A stretch of 43,933 nt of DNA from Acidimicrobiia bacterium (GTDB taxonomy: Bacteria; Actinomycetota; Acidimicrobiia; Spongiisociales; SHLN01). The stretch lies in the NCBI GenBank assembly GCA_004283105.1, contig SHLN01000001.1:1-43933 (forward strand). The letters run 5' to 3'. Position numbers and translations under genes: made by a program. Positions within the stretch are counted from its first letter, which is position 1; the number at the start of each line of letters is the position of its first letter. The notes under the pieces are model-generated. The model searched no databases. It was not told the origin of the DNA and saw nothing but the letters and a program-made list of their open reading frames with translations. Below are positions 8,945 through 18,251 of the stretch, piece by piece.

Positions 8945-9864
8945 TGACCTCGGCCAAGACCGCCAAGCGGCTCACCCGGATTCTCTCGATGCTTCCCTAT
9001 GTGATTGCCAACCCGGGGGTGAGCGTCGACGACCTCTCGGAGCGATTCGGGTACCGCCGCAAGGAGCTCATCGATGATCTCAATCTCGTGTTCCTGACCG
9101 GGTTGCCCGGCTACGGCCCGGGAGATCTCATCGATGCCTCCGTCGAAGACGACGAGGTGTATGTCGACACGGCCGACTACTTCGCCCGCCCCCTGCGCCT
9201 CACCCCGCCCGAGGCGCTGGCCCTGCTTGCCTCCGGCATGGCGCTCACCTCGGCCGGACAGGGTCCGCCCGCCCTCGAAAGCGCCATCTCGAAGCTGAGC
9301 AGCGTGGTCGCCCCGGAGGCCGAGGGCGGCCTGGTGGTGGACTTGAAGGAACCCGAGTTCGTCGGGTTGCTCCGGAGCGCCGTCGAGGGCAATCGGGTGG
9401 TGTCTCTCACCTACACGGCGCTGGGGAGCGGCCAGACGACGGAACGGTCGGTTGAACCGTGGTCGGTGTTCTCGGCCAACGGCAACTGGTATCTGTCGGC
9501 GTTCTGCCGGACCGCCGATGCCGAGCGGGTGTTCCGGGTCGACCGCATTCGCGCGGCCGCGGCCACCGATGAGGGCTTTGTCGCTCCGGCCGAAGCACCG
9601 CCCCCCGAGGTGCGCTACACCCCCGGGGAAGAGGACGTTCGCACCGTGATCGGCCTCGGCCCGGCCGCCCACTGGGTAGCCGCGTACTACCCGGTCGAAG
9701 ACCTCGGAGACGGCAAGATCCGATTCTCCTCGAGCGATCCGGCCGTTGCCGCCCGTCTGCTTCTGCGGCTCGGCGACGACGCCAAACTCGTCGAAGGTGA
9801 CGAGGTGGCCGGTCTCCTCGCCGACTATCGCCAGCGAATCAGGGCCCGCTACGCAGGGGACTAG
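8944..9864 (+). CDS. pafC: HTH + WYL domain regulator, PafC-like
   Basis: A paralogous architecture sits directly after pafB: RLTRILSMLPYVIANPGVSVDDLSERFG and NGNWYLSAFC...FRVDRI. The ATG at 8944 overlaps the pafB stop by 1 nt. Confidence 0.8.
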   Translation: MTSAKTAKRLTRILSMLPYVIANPGVSVDDLSERFGYRRKELIDDLNLVFLTGLPGYGPGDLIDASVEDDEVYVDTADYFARPLRLTPPEALALLASGMALTSAGQGPPALESAISKLSSVVAPEAEGGLVVDLKEPEFVGLLRSAVEGNRVVSLTYTALGSGQTTERSVEPWSVFSANGNWYLSAFCRTADAERVFRVDRIRAAAATDEGFVAPAEAPPPEVRYTPGEEDVRTVIGLGPAAHWVAAYYPVEDLGDGKIRFSSSDPAVAARLLLRLGDDAKLVEGDEVAGLLADYRQRIRARYAGD

Positions 9865-9951
9865 CCCTTCGGGACTATCGGGTAAATAGCCCTCAAAGGT
9901 GCTTCAGGTGGGTCCGATATCTCATTCGAACGTCGAACAGGATTTGAAACC

Positions 9952-10233
9952 GTGACCACCATCAAGACCACATGCTCAGCTTGCGGAGATGTGGAGCTGG
10001 CAGCAGATGACCTTCTTCTGGAGCTGACTCCCCTCGAGGCAACGGGCCGCTACAGCTTTGATTGCCCGTTCTGCGAGATCAACCAGTTCCGACCCGCCAA
10101 CGAGCGTGTTGTGGCCATTCTTCTGGCGATCGGGGTTTCCTACATCGTGGGCGAAGAGGTTGTCTCCGAGGCCGAAATCGAGGACTTTGTTGAGTCCCTC
10201 GACGAGTGGCTCGAGAACATAACCGCCGCCTGA
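9952..10233 (+). CDS. small hypothetical protein with CxxC...CxxC (putative zinc ribbon) and an acidic C-terminus
   Basis: 93-codon ORF with a GTG start. It has TCSACGD and DCPFCE cysteine pairs about 30 residues apart and a hairpin directly downstream. I recognise no family. Confidence 0.5.
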   Translation: MTTIKTTCSACGDVELAADDLLLELTPLEATGRYSFDCPFCEINQFRPANERVVAILLAIGVSYIVGEEVVSEAEIEDFVESLDEWLENITAA

Positions 10234-10250
10234 TCAATCGCTACCCGGCA

Positions 10251-10277
10251 AAGCCGCCCTTCCTCCAGGGGCGGCTT
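10251..10277 (+). terminator. GC-rich stem-loop after the small zinc-ribbon ORF
   Basis: AAGCCGCCC (10251-10259) pairs with GGGCGGCTT (10269-10277). The loop is 9 nt and there is only a weak T tract afterwards. Confidence 0.4.
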
Positions 10278-10304
10278 CTGCGTGGAACGACCTAGCATTC
10301 TCCC

Positions 10305-10625
10305 GTGTTTGGGATCCAGACCTCAGAGCTCATCGTTATCGCGCTCATCGCCATCCTCCTGTTCGGTCCGGAGAAGGTTCCCGAGTTCTTCCACCGCGCC
10401 GGCCAGCTCATGTCGAAAATCCAGCGCGGTGCCGACGATATGTGGACGTCGCTCCAGACCGAAATGAACCAGGCCACCAAGCCTCTCGAGGAGCTTGGCA
10501 AGGATATCCAGGCGGTGGGTGATCAGCTCAAGAAGCCGCTCACCGCCGCCGCGGCGGACGACGACACCCCGGCAGATGCAGACGACCCGGACGAACCCGA
10601 AGCCGATATCGAGCCAACCGAATGA
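10305..10625 (+). CDS. tatA: twin-arginine translocase subunit TatA/E
   Basis: A GTG start gives FGIQTSELIVIALIAILLFGPEKVPEFF..AGQ, i.e. a TM helix plus the FG-hinge signature. The tail is acidic and the stop overlaps the tatC start (ATGA). Confidence 0.85.
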   Translation: MFGIQTSELIVIALIAILLFGPEKVPEFFHRAGQLMSKIQRGADDMWTSLQTEMNQATKPLEELGKDIQAVGDQLKKPLTAAAADDDTPADADDPDEPEADIEPTE

Positions 10626-11341
10626 GCGCGGCCGAGAGTCAGATGCCGATCCTCGAGCACCTGCGCGAGCTGCGCCGCCGGATGTTCATCGCCGCGATCG
10701 CCGTGCTGGTCGGTGCCGTGATCGGCTTCATCTTCAGAGATTGGCTGCTCGACCTCATCGTCGACCCCTACGAGCGGGCCACCGGTCAGAGCGGGCTCGC
10801 GTTCTTCGAGGTGGGGGAGGCATTTTCGGTCTCCATGAAGGTCGCCCTCTTTGGAGGCGTCGTGCTGTCGGCGCCGGTCTGGCTGTATGAAGTCTGGGCC
10901 TTCATCACCCCGGCCCTTTCGAAACGGGAGAAGCGGTGGGTCATCCCGATCATCGTCAGCCTCGTCATCCTGTTCGTGGGCGGTGTCGTGTTCGCCTACT
11001 GGACTATGGAGCGTGCGCTCGACTGGCTGCTCGGATTTGGCGGGGACCGGCTCACTCCGGTTATCGGGGTGAACCGGTACCTCAACTTCGCCTTCCGGTA
11101 TCTGCTCGTCTTCGGGGTGGCCTTCCTGTTCCCGGTGTTCGTGTTCACCGCCGGCGCGGTCGGTGCCGTCAGCTCGAAGCAACTCAAGAAGGGACGGCGC
11201 TGGGCGGTCCTCATCATCGTGGTGGTGGGTGCCATATTGACGCCGACCGGTGACCCGCTCACGCTCATCCTGCTGTCGACGCCCCTCTACCTGTTGTACG
11301 AGGCAACGATCTGGCTCGTACGGTTCGCGCTCAAGAAGTGA
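10622..11341 (+). CDS. tatC: twin-arginine translocase subunit TatC
   Basis: MPILEHLRELRRRMF.. is a typical N-terminus, followed by about six hydrophobic segments. It sits after tatA as in mycobacteria. Confidence 0.9.
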   Translation: MSAAESQMPILEHLRELRRRMFIAAIAVLVGAVIGFIFRDWLLDLIVDPYERATGQSGLAFFEVGEAFSVSMKVALFGGVVLSAPVWLYEVWAFITPALSKREKRWVIPIIVSLVILFVGGVVFAYWTMERALDWLLGFGGDRLTPVIGVNRYLNFAFRYLLVFGVAFLFPVFVFTAGAVGAVSSKQLKKGRRWAVLIIVVVGAILTPTGDPLTLILLSTPLYLLYEATIWLVRFALKK

Positions 11342-13887
11342 CGACGCGCACCGGGGCGATAGACGACTTCGTCGCCCGGCTTCCGTTCCGGCCAGACAAG
11401 TTCCAGACCGAGGCGTTCGGCATCATCGCGGAGGGGGACTCGGTCATCGTCACCGCCCCCACCTCAGCGGGCAAGACACTCGTGGCCGAAGCCGCCGTCG
11501 CCGCGGCCGTGGCCACCAACCGGCGCGCCTTCTATACGACACCGATCAAGGCGCTATCGAATCAGAAATTCTCCGACCTCGGCCGCCAGTACGGCACGGA
11601 CCAGGTCGGTCTTCTCACCGGAGACAACTCGATCAACCACGATGCCCCGGTCATCGTGATGACCACCGAGGTCCTGCGGAACATGATCTACACAGACCGA
11701 GAAGACCTGTCGGGGGTGGGTGTCGTCATCCTGGACGAGGTCCACTACCTGCAGGACCCGTCGCGGGGGCCGGTCTGGGAAGAGATCATCATCCATCTGC
11801 CGCTCGACATCCCCATTGTTGGGCTGTCGGCCACCGTTGCCAATGCCGGGGAGTTCACCGACTGGGTGAACAGCCGGCGGGGCAATACCCACCTCGTGCT
11901 CGAGCGCACCAGGCCGGTGCCCCTCAACGGGCAGTACTTCCTGTTCGACAAGAACACCGGGCATCGGTTGTTGCCGATCTTCAAGCAGCGGGATGGCCGG
12001 CAAACACCCAACTCGCAGATCGTCAAGCTGCTGCGCCAGGATGGCGGGCGCCGGCGCCGCTTCCACACCCCCCGCCGCTCGGAGACGGTCGAGGAGCTTG
12101 CCGAACGAGATCTCCTCCCCGCTATCTACTTCGTGTTCTCGCGCATGGGGTGCGAGGCGGCCGCCCAGCAGGTGGCCGGTTCGGTTCGCCTGACGACGAG
12201 CGATGAAGCCGAGGAGATCCGGCTCCGGGCCGAAGCGGGCACCGCCCACCTCGGCGATGACGACCTGGCCATGCTCGGCTACGACACCTGGCTCGCCAAC
12301 CTCGAGCGGGGCGTGGCGCCCCACCATGCCGGGATGGTGCCCGCCTTCAAGGAGACGGTGGAGGACCTGTTTGCCGACGGCCTCGTTCGAGTCGTGTTCG
12401 CCACCGAGACACTGGCGCTCGGCATCAACATGCCGGCTCGCTCGGTCGTGATCGAGAACCTCTCCAAGTTCAACGGGGAAACGCACGAGTTGCTCCAGCC
12501 CGGCGACTACACCCAGCTCACCGGCCGGGCCGGACGACGCGGTATCGACGAGGAGGGAGTGGCCGTCGTCCTGCACTCGCCCTATGTGCCGTTCGAGCGA
12601 GTCGTGGCGATTGCCGGGGCGGGGAGCCATCCGCTCCGGTCGAGCTTTCGCCCCACCTACAACATGGCGGTGAACTTGATCGCCAACTACCCCCGCCACC
12701 AGGCCGAGGAACTGCTGCGGGCATCGTTTGCGCAGTTCCAGCGGTCGGCCGAGACCGGGTCCATCAAGACGGGGCTCGAGAAGAAGCAGCACGCCCTGGC
12801 CGACTATCGGGCCAAGGCCGCCTGTGAGCACGGGGATGTCTTCGCATTCATGGATCGCCTCGAGGGGTCCGGGGACAAACTTCCGTCCGCTCGAGAGGTG
12901 ATGCGTCGGTTCGTCGGGGAAACGAACCCCGGAGACGTTCTCGAGGTTCCGGGACGGCGAGGGCCGGAGATCTTCGTCATGCTCGCCCGGGGACGGACCC
13001 AGCAGCCCAAGCTGCAGTTGTTGTCCGCGTTCGGGCGGATCAAGCGCGTGAAGGCCGAAGATCTGCCGCTCGGAACGGCCCGGCTCGGGCGGATTGAGCT
13101 TCCCAAGCCGTTCCGGCCGAACGAGGTCGGCTTCCGCGACGGCGTGCTCGCCGCCTTGAAGACGGCACCGCTTGGAGGGAAGCGAGAGGAGGCGCAGGCT
13201 CCGGTCGACGATCCGCTCGCCGCCTGTCCCGACCTTCACGAGCACGTGCGCTGGGCCAAGCGGGCCCGCAAGCTCGACAAGGAGCTGCGCCGCCAGGAAC
13301 GGCGGCTCGAACGCCTGGAGGGTGACCTCGTCAGGGAGCTCGAAGCGACCCTTCAGTTGCTCGACTCGTTCGGCTACACCGACGGATGGGCTCTCACAGA
13401 GAAGGGGCGGCGTCTCCGAACCATCTACAGCGAACTCGATCTGCTTGTGAGTGAGGCCGCCGAAGGGGGGCTGTTCGACGATCTCCCGGCGGCCGAATTC
13501 GTGGCTCTCGTGTCGCTATTCGTCTACGAGCCCCGGGGCGATTCGGAGAGCGGCGAGTGGCCGGCTGGACCGATCGGCGAACGGGGGAGGGAGATTCTCG
13601 ACCTCTGGAAGGGTCTCGTGGCGGCGGAGCGAGACTCTCGGCTCACCGAGACCCGGCAACCGGAGTGGGGCTTTGCCACCATCGCCCATGGGTGGGCGAG
13701 CGGCTTGACCCTGGACGAAATCTTCGGAGAAGACCAGCTGGCGGCGGGTGACTTCGTGCGTACCGTTCGCCAGTTGCTCGACCTCATACGGCAGCTCCGG
13801 GACACGTTCCCGGCTCTGTCGTCGGTTGCCGCCGACGCCGTCGGCCTGATCGACCATGGTGTAGTTTCCGCAGGTGGGATCGTCTGA
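11338..13887 (+). CDS. helY: Ski2-like DEAD/DEAH-box RNA helicase HelY
   Basis: The motifs TAPTSAGKT, ILDEVHYL, SAT and HHAGM..FKE are present, plus the C-terminal DSHCT-like region. The position after tatC matches the pafABC-tatAC-helY synteny known in mycobacteria. Confidence 0.9.
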   Translation: MTTRTGAIDDFVARLPFRPDKFQTEAFGIIAEGDSVIVTAPTSAGKTLVAEAAVAAAVATNRRAFYTTPIKALSNQKFSDLGRQYGTDQVGLLTGDNSINHDAPVIVMTTEVLRNMIYTDREDLSGVGVVILDEVHYLQDPSRGPVWEEIIIHLPLDIPIVGLSATVANAGEFTDWVNSRRGNTHLVLERTRPVPLNGQYFLFDKNTGHRLLPIFKQRDGRQTPNSQIVKLLRQDGGRRRRFHTPRRSETVEELAERDLLPAIYFVFSRMGCEAAAQQVAGSVRLTTSDEAEEIRLRAEAGTAHLGDDDLAMLGYDTWLANLERGVAPHHAGMVPAFKETVEDLFADGLVRVVFATETLALGINMPARSVVIENLSKFNGETHELLQPGDYTQLTGRAGRRGIDEEGVAVVLHSPYVPFERVVAIAGAGSHPLRSSFRPTYNMAVNLIANYPRHQAEELLRASFAQFQRSAETGSIKTGLEKKQHALADYRAKAACEHGDVFAFMDRLEGSGDKLPSAREVMRRFVGETNPGDVLEVPGRRGPEIFVMLARGRTQQPKLQLLSAFGRIKRVKAEDLPLGTARLGRIELPKPFRPNEVGFRDGVLAALKTAPLGGKREEAQAPVDDPLAACPDLHEHVRWAKRARKLDKELRRQERRLERLEGDLVRELEATLQLLDSFGYTDGWALTEKGRRLRTIYSELDLLVSEAAEGGLFDDLPAAEFVALVSLFVYEPRGDSESGEWPAGPIGERGREILDLWKGLVAAERDSRLTETRQPEWGFATIAHGWASGLTLDEIFGEDQLAAGDFVRTVRQLLDLIRQLRDTFPALSSVAADAVGLIDHGVVSAGGIV

Positions 13888-14761
13888 CTGGTACGTCATA
13901 GTCAATCCGACCGCCGGTCGCGGCACGGACCTCCTGGCGAGGACAGAGCGCGCCCTGGCAAAACACTCCGTGGCGGCATCGGTCGTTTCTTCGGCCGGCG
14001 CCGCCGACGTGGCCCGACTCGTCGATGCAGCCGTCGCCGCGGGCCGAACGCGTTTCGTGGCAGTGGGGGGTGACGGCACCGTCAACCTCGTTGCCAACGC
14101 GCTGCTTGCCCACGAATGGGCCGAGCCGCCCACGCTCGGCATTCTCCCGGCGGGGACGGGCTGTGATTTCGTGCGGGTATTCGGCATTCCGCAGGATGTC
14201 GAGCATGCCGCCCGCCACCTCACCGGAGACGAGACGTACCGGTCGGATGCCGCCGTCCTGGACGGGGAGTGGGGTCGACGTCACTTCATGAACATCGCCC
14301 AGGCCGGCATCGGAGCAGCCTCGGCCACCACCGCCGACAAACTGGCGCGGCTCGGCGGTCTCCGGTATCAGACGGCGTTCTGGGTGAACCTCCCCGGATT
14401 TCCGCGCACCGAAGTGACCGTGCGGGTTGGCAAGCGTTCGTATCAGGGCGATGCGATCAGCGTGATATTCGCCAACGGCCAGTTCTTTGGCAACGGCATG
14501 AATGTTGCCCCGAAGGCGACGCTTGTGAGTGGCCAGATCGACGCCCAGGTGATCACCGCCCGCAAGCGCCAAGCCCCGTTGCTCATGCGCAAAGCGGCCC
14601 GCGGCCTCCACCTCGGTCACAAGGAGGTTCATCGCCTGCGGGGGCCCGACTTTGAGATAGAGACCAAGGACCCTTGGCCCGTCGAAGCAGATGGGGAATA
14701 CCTAGGGCGCACCCCGGTGCGTGGACACGTGCTGCCGGGGGCGATCGACATCAAGATCTAG
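13874..14761 (+). CDS. diacylglycerol/lipid kinase family protein (YegS/DAGK catalytic domain)
   Basis: WYVIVNPTAGRG followed by VAVGGDGTVNLVANAL is the DAGK_cat signature. The GTG start overlaps the helY end by 14 nt. Confidence 0.8.
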   Translation: MGSSDWYVIVNPTAGRGTDLLARTERALAKHSVAASVVSSAGAADVARLVDAAVAAGRTRFVAVGGDGTVNLVANALLAHEWAEPPTLGILPAGTGCDFVRVFGIPQDVEHAARHLTGDETYRSDAAVLDGEWGRRHFMNIAQAGIGAASATTADKLARLGGLRYQTAFWVNLPGFPRTEVTVRVGKRSYQGDAISVIFANGQFFGNGMNVAPKATLVSGQIDAQVITARKRQAPLLMRKAARGLHLGHKEVHRLRGPDFEIETKDPWPVEADGEYLGRTPVRGHVLPGAIDIKI

Positions 14762-14820
14762 CGACCGGATTCCCGCTCAATCGGTGACCGGACGCTCCGA
14801 AACAGAGGGAACAGAATCAC

Positions 14821-14846
14821 AGCCGGCGGTGTATATACTCCCGGCT
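14821..14846. promoter_or_regulatory. imperfect 26-bp palindrome with an AT-rich core (GTATATAC)
   Basis: AGCCGG (14821-14826) and CCGGCT (14841-14846) flank the perfect 8-bp palindrome GTATATAC (14831-14838). It ends 25 nt upstream of the DUF4193 ATG, and TATACT could serve as a -10 element. Confidence 0.3.
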
Positions 14847-14870
14847 CAATTCCTGGAGGACCAGAGGGGA

Positions 14871-15320
14871 ATGGCACGCAAAAAGGCGACCGACACAGTC
14901 GAACTGGAAGCCGTCGAGGAGCTCGACGATCTCGACGAGGCTGAGGAGCTCGAGGATCTCGACGAGACCGCCGAGGTTCCCGACGTCCTCGAGGCGGCCG
15001 ACGACGAGGAAGCCGGCGACGACGCCGGCGACGATGACGACGACGATCTCGACGACGGCGCTGAGGAAGACGATCCGGCCGCGCTGGACGAGTTAGAAGC
15101 AGCCGAGCTCGCGATGCTCACTCCCGATGAGGCCGCGGAGGTCATCCGGGTCGATGAAGCCGCCGAAGTGGCGTCCCTCCGCAAGGCAGAATTGGCCCTC
15201 GACACCGAGGCCGACAGTGTCGCAGCCGGTGAGTTCGTGTGTTCTTCCTGCTTCCTCGTGAAGAAAAACACCCAGTTGGCCAACAAGCGCAAGCAGATCT
15301 GCAACGACTGTGCCGCCTAG
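14871..15320 (+). CDS. DUF4193-like acidic protein with a C-terminal CxxC-N16-CxxC
   Basis: Extreme Asp/Glu-rich N-terminal two thirds, then FVCSSCFLVKKNTQLANKRKQICNDCA, the pattern I associate with actinobacterial DUF4193. Confidence 0.65.
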   Translation: MARKKATDTVELEAVEELDDLDEAEELEDLDETAEVPDVLEAADDEEAGDDAGDDDDDDLDDGAEEDDPAALDELEAAELAMLTPDEAAEVIRVDEAAEVASLRKAELALDTEADSVAAGEFVCSSCFLVKKNTQLANKRKQICNDCAA

Positions 15321-16023
15321 CGTTGCGGTAGTCCTCCCTACCTACAACGAAGTCGAGAACCTTTCAACCGTTGCCGGCGCCATCCGCGCCCACGGGTATC
15401 GCCTCATCGTCGTCGACGACAACTCTCCAGACGGAACGGGCCGCCTCGCCGACGAGCTGGCGAGCGGCGACGACCGAATCAGTGTCGTGCACCGTCCCGC
15501 CAAGCGTGGGCTGGGTCCCGCCTACGCCGACGGTTTCTCGAGAGCGCTGGAAACGACTGCCGAGGTCATCTGTCAGATGGACGCCGACTTCAGTCATGAT
15601 CCGGCCAGCTTGCCGACGCTCGTCGCAACGGTCGAGGACGGCGCCGACGTGGCGATCGGCAGCCGGTATGTTCCCGGCGGATCGGTACCGGGATGGCCCC
15701 TCCACCGGCGGCTGCTGTCGCAGTGGGGGAATCGCTACGCCCGGTCCATGCTCGGCACGTCGATTCAGGACATGACGAGCGGCTTTCGGGCCTATCGGTC
15801 CCCGGTGCTCGAGACTCTCGAGCCGGCCACCTGCGAGGCGTCCGGCTACGGGTTTCAGGTCGAGATGGCGAGTCGGTGCCACTCCAGGGGGCTGGCTGTG
15901 GTGGAGGTTCCCATCAGCTTTCGTGACCGGGAGCTGGGCGAATCCAAAATGCATTGGCGCATCGCGCTGGAGGCGATGTGGCTTGTTACCGTCTGGGGGA
16001 TACGAGCGAGGACAGGACGATGA
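15310..16023 (+). CDS. GT2 polyprenol-phosphate mannosyltransferase (Ppm1/DPM1-like)
   Basis: VVLPTYNEVENL...VVDDNSPDGT...RPAKRGLGPAY..GF...QMDADFSHDP...GSRY are typical of the family. Confidence 0.8.
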   Translation: MPPSVAVVLPTYNEVENLSTVAGAIRAHGYRLIVVDDNSPDGTGRLADELASGDDRISVVHRPAKRGLGPAYADGFSRALETTAEVICQMDADFSHDPASLPTLVATVEDGADVAIGSRYVPGGSVPGWPLHRRLLSQWGNRYARSMLGTSIQDMTSGFRAYRSPVLETLEPATCEASGYGFQVEMASRCHSRGLAVVEVPISFRDRELGESKMHWRIALEAMWLVTVWGIRARTGR

Positions 16024-16502
16024 CACCACTCGAGATAGCGGCCCGCCCCGCCACCGACGCCGACCTGCCCGACCTGCTGCGGCTCTACCGCTTGCTCGAG
16101 AAGGAAATGGAGAACCTGCGCGGGCTCTGGAAAGAGGCAGACGGCCTGCCGGAGCCGATCGAGGAGTCCCTCGCCCAAGCCGTGGCCGACCCGGCCACGT
16201 CGGTCTACATCGGCACTGCCGATGAGGTTCCCTTTGGCTTCATCCTCGGCTACTCGGCGCCGCTGCTGCCGCAGGCGAACGGCGAGCGCATGGCGACGAT
16301 CAAGCTCGTGTTCACCGAAGAGGAGGCCCGCGGGGTCGGCGTCGGCGAGGTCATGCGAGACACGCTTGTCGCCCAGTTCCGGGCCGAAGGCCACCGGTGG
16401 TTCGATGCCCATGTGCTTCCCGGCCATCGCCTCGCCAAGAACTTCTTCGAAGCCGGCGGGTTCTCCGCCCGCTTCATCATCATGAATCACGAGGATGACT
16501 GA
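16020..16502 (+). CDS. GNAT family N-acetyltransferase
   Basis: The size and the [13 protein letters not shown] (Q/R-x-x-G-x-G/A-like) acetyl-CoA motif fit. The ATG overlaps the upstream stop (ATGA 16020-16023). Confidence 0.65.
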   Translation: MTPLEIAARPATDADLPDLLRLYRLLEKEMENLRGLWKEADGLPEPIEESLAQAVADPATSVYIGTADEVPFGFILGYSAPLLPQANGERMATIKLVFTEEEARGVGVGEVMRDTLVAQFRAEGHRWFDAHVLPGHRLAKNFFEAGGFSARFIIMNHEDD

Positions 16503-16911
16503 CCACGTCACTGTGGCGGTCGGGGCCGTCATCGTTCAGGACGAGCGTTTGCTTCTCGTCCAACGAGCGAACGATCCCGGTGCGGGTAGGTGGGCCGTCC
16601 CCGGCGGGCACGTAGAGCCGGGCGAGACACTGGCCGAGGCGGCCCGGCGTGAGGTGCTCGAGGAGACCGGGCTGGAGGTGACCGTCGGCGATATCGCCTG
16701 GGTGGGTGAATCGATCGGGCCGGGAGACCCGCCCGCCTGGCACTTTGCCATCGTCGACTTCTGGGCAACTCCAGGGGGAGGGTCGCTCGTCGCAGGCGGT
16801 GACGCCGCCGTCGCCGAGTGGGTGCCCATTGAGCGATTGGGCAATTGGCCTATCGTTGACACCATGGTCGATCTCGTACACACCCTGTTCCCGCACGGGA
16901 ATCCATCGTGA
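16495..16911 (+). CDS. NUDIX hydrolase
   Basis: The Nudix box is [24 protein letters not shown]. Confidence 0.85.
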   Translation: MTDHVTVAVGAVIVQDERLLLVQRANDPGAGRWAVPGGHVEPGETLAEAARREVLEETGLEVTVGDIAWVGESIGPGDPPAWHFAIVDFWATPGGGSLVAGGDAAVAEWVPIERLGNWPIVDTMVDLVHTLFPHGNPS

Positions 16912-18251
16912 GGGAAGCTGCCGTCGAGCTGCTGGTGGCACTCATCCAGAACGGCTGTGTGAACGACGGAACACCCGATAGCGGCGGTGAATACCGGTCG
17001 GTCGAAACGCTGCAGGAGTTCTTCGGCCAACCCGGTCAGGTCTTCGAATCGCACCCCGGCCGCCAGTCGGTCGTGTACCGGATCCCGGGTCGTGTGCCCG
17101 GCGCGCCCTCGCTCATGCTCATGGGCCACACCGATGTTGTGCCGGCATCGCGCCACGGCTGGGATCACGATCCGTTCGAAGGGCTCATCGACGACGGGTT
17201 CGTGTGGGGCCGGGGTGCCGTCGACATGTTGAACGTCACCGCCGCCATGGCGGCCGCCTTCCGGCCCTTCCTGTCGGGTGAGAAGGACCCCCTTCCGGGC
17301 GATCTCATCTACCTGGCGGTCGCCGATGAGGAAGCAGGGGGGACGTACGGTGCCAAGTGGCTGGTTGAGAACCATTGGGATGTGGTGGCCTGCGACTACC
17401 AGCTGACCGAGGTCGCCTACCCGCCCATCACCACGCCCGATGGACTCGCCTATCCGGTGAGCGTCGCTGAGAAGGGGCCTTACTGGCGCAAACTCATCGC
17501 CCGGGGCGTGCCCGGTCACGGGAGCCAGCCCCACGGCCGGGAGAACGCCGTTGTCGACCTCGGAACGGCCATCGCCCGGCTGGCGGAAGCTCCTACGCCG
17601 GTGATCATCACCGAAGAGTGGCAGGCCATCGTCGAGATCCTCGGACTCGGTCCCGACATGTCGGCGGCACTGCTCGATCCTGATCAGCTCGATGCGGCTA
17701 TCGAAGCGATTGCCGCCATCGACCCGGAAATGGCCCGCATCGCCCACGCCCTCACCCACCTGACGGTGAGTCCCAACGTCGTCCACGGCGGTGTGAAGAA
17801 CAACGTGATCGCAGAGGAAGGCCATGCCGACGTGGACATTCGGGCGCTCCCCGGCCAGGACGAGACGACCGTCGACGATCACTTCCGCAAGGTGCTCGGA
17901 TCCGAGCTCTATGACCGGCTCCAGTTCGAGCCGATCATGGACTACCCGGCCGGCTCTTCACCGAAGGAAGGGCCCCTGTGGGAAGCGGTCGGGGATGGGT
18001 ACGAACAGGTGGCCGGGACGAGGCGCCGATTCCCGTATCTGATCTCGGGCACCACCGACGCCCGCTTCTTCCGGACCCGGGGCGTGGTTGCCTACGGGGC
18101 AGGAGTGTTCGACGACCGTATGGGGACGGGGGAGTTCGCTTCCATGTTCCACGGCCACAACGAGCGGGTCAGCGTCGACTCGGTCGGTCTCACCACCGAT
18201 TTCCTTGCCACCACCGTCGAACGGTTCGGCGTGCACTCGGTGGCTGAATGA
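16908..18251 (+). CDS. M20 family metallopeptidase / dipeptidase
   Basis: LMGHTDVVP....[12 protein letters not shown] and ADEEAGG are M20 metal-ligand motifs. The GTG start overlaps the upstream stop (GTGA). Confidence 0.85.
   Translation: MREAAVELLVALIQNGCVNDGTPDSGGEYRSVETLQEFFGQPGQVFESHPGRQSVVYRIPGRVPGAPSLMLMGHTDVVPASRHGWDHDPFEGLIDDGFVWGRGAVDMLNVTAAMAAAFRPFLSGEKDPLPGDLIYLAVADEEAGGTYGAKWLVENHWDVVACDYQLTEVAYPPITTPDGLAYPVSVAEKGPYWRKLIARGVPGHGSQPHGRENAVVDLGTAIARLAEAPTPVIITEEWQAIVEILGLGPDMSAALLDPDQLDAAIEAIAAIDPEMARIAHALTHLTVSPNVVHGGVKNNVIAEEGHADVDIRALPGQDETTVDDHFRKVLGSELYDRLQFEPIMDYPAGSSPKEGPLWEAVGDGYEQVAGTRRRFPYLISGTTDARFFRTRGVVAYGAGVFDDRMGTGEFASMFHGHNERVSVDSVGLTTDFLATTVERFGVHSVAE

Noticed and set aside
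11554-13245. Long antisense ORFs opposite well-supported genes: 563 aa opposite helY, and likewise 16536..17882, 19166..20137, 20524..21528, 24997..26043, 26177..27241, 28194..29528, 29929..31008, 7709..8551, 8878..9672 and 3066..3971.
   Set aside because: All lie antisense to, or out of frame within, genes with strong family signatures. Their translations are Arg/Gly/Pro/Ala-rich low-complexity sequence with no motifs, which is the expected stop-codon-poor artefact in GC-rich DNA.
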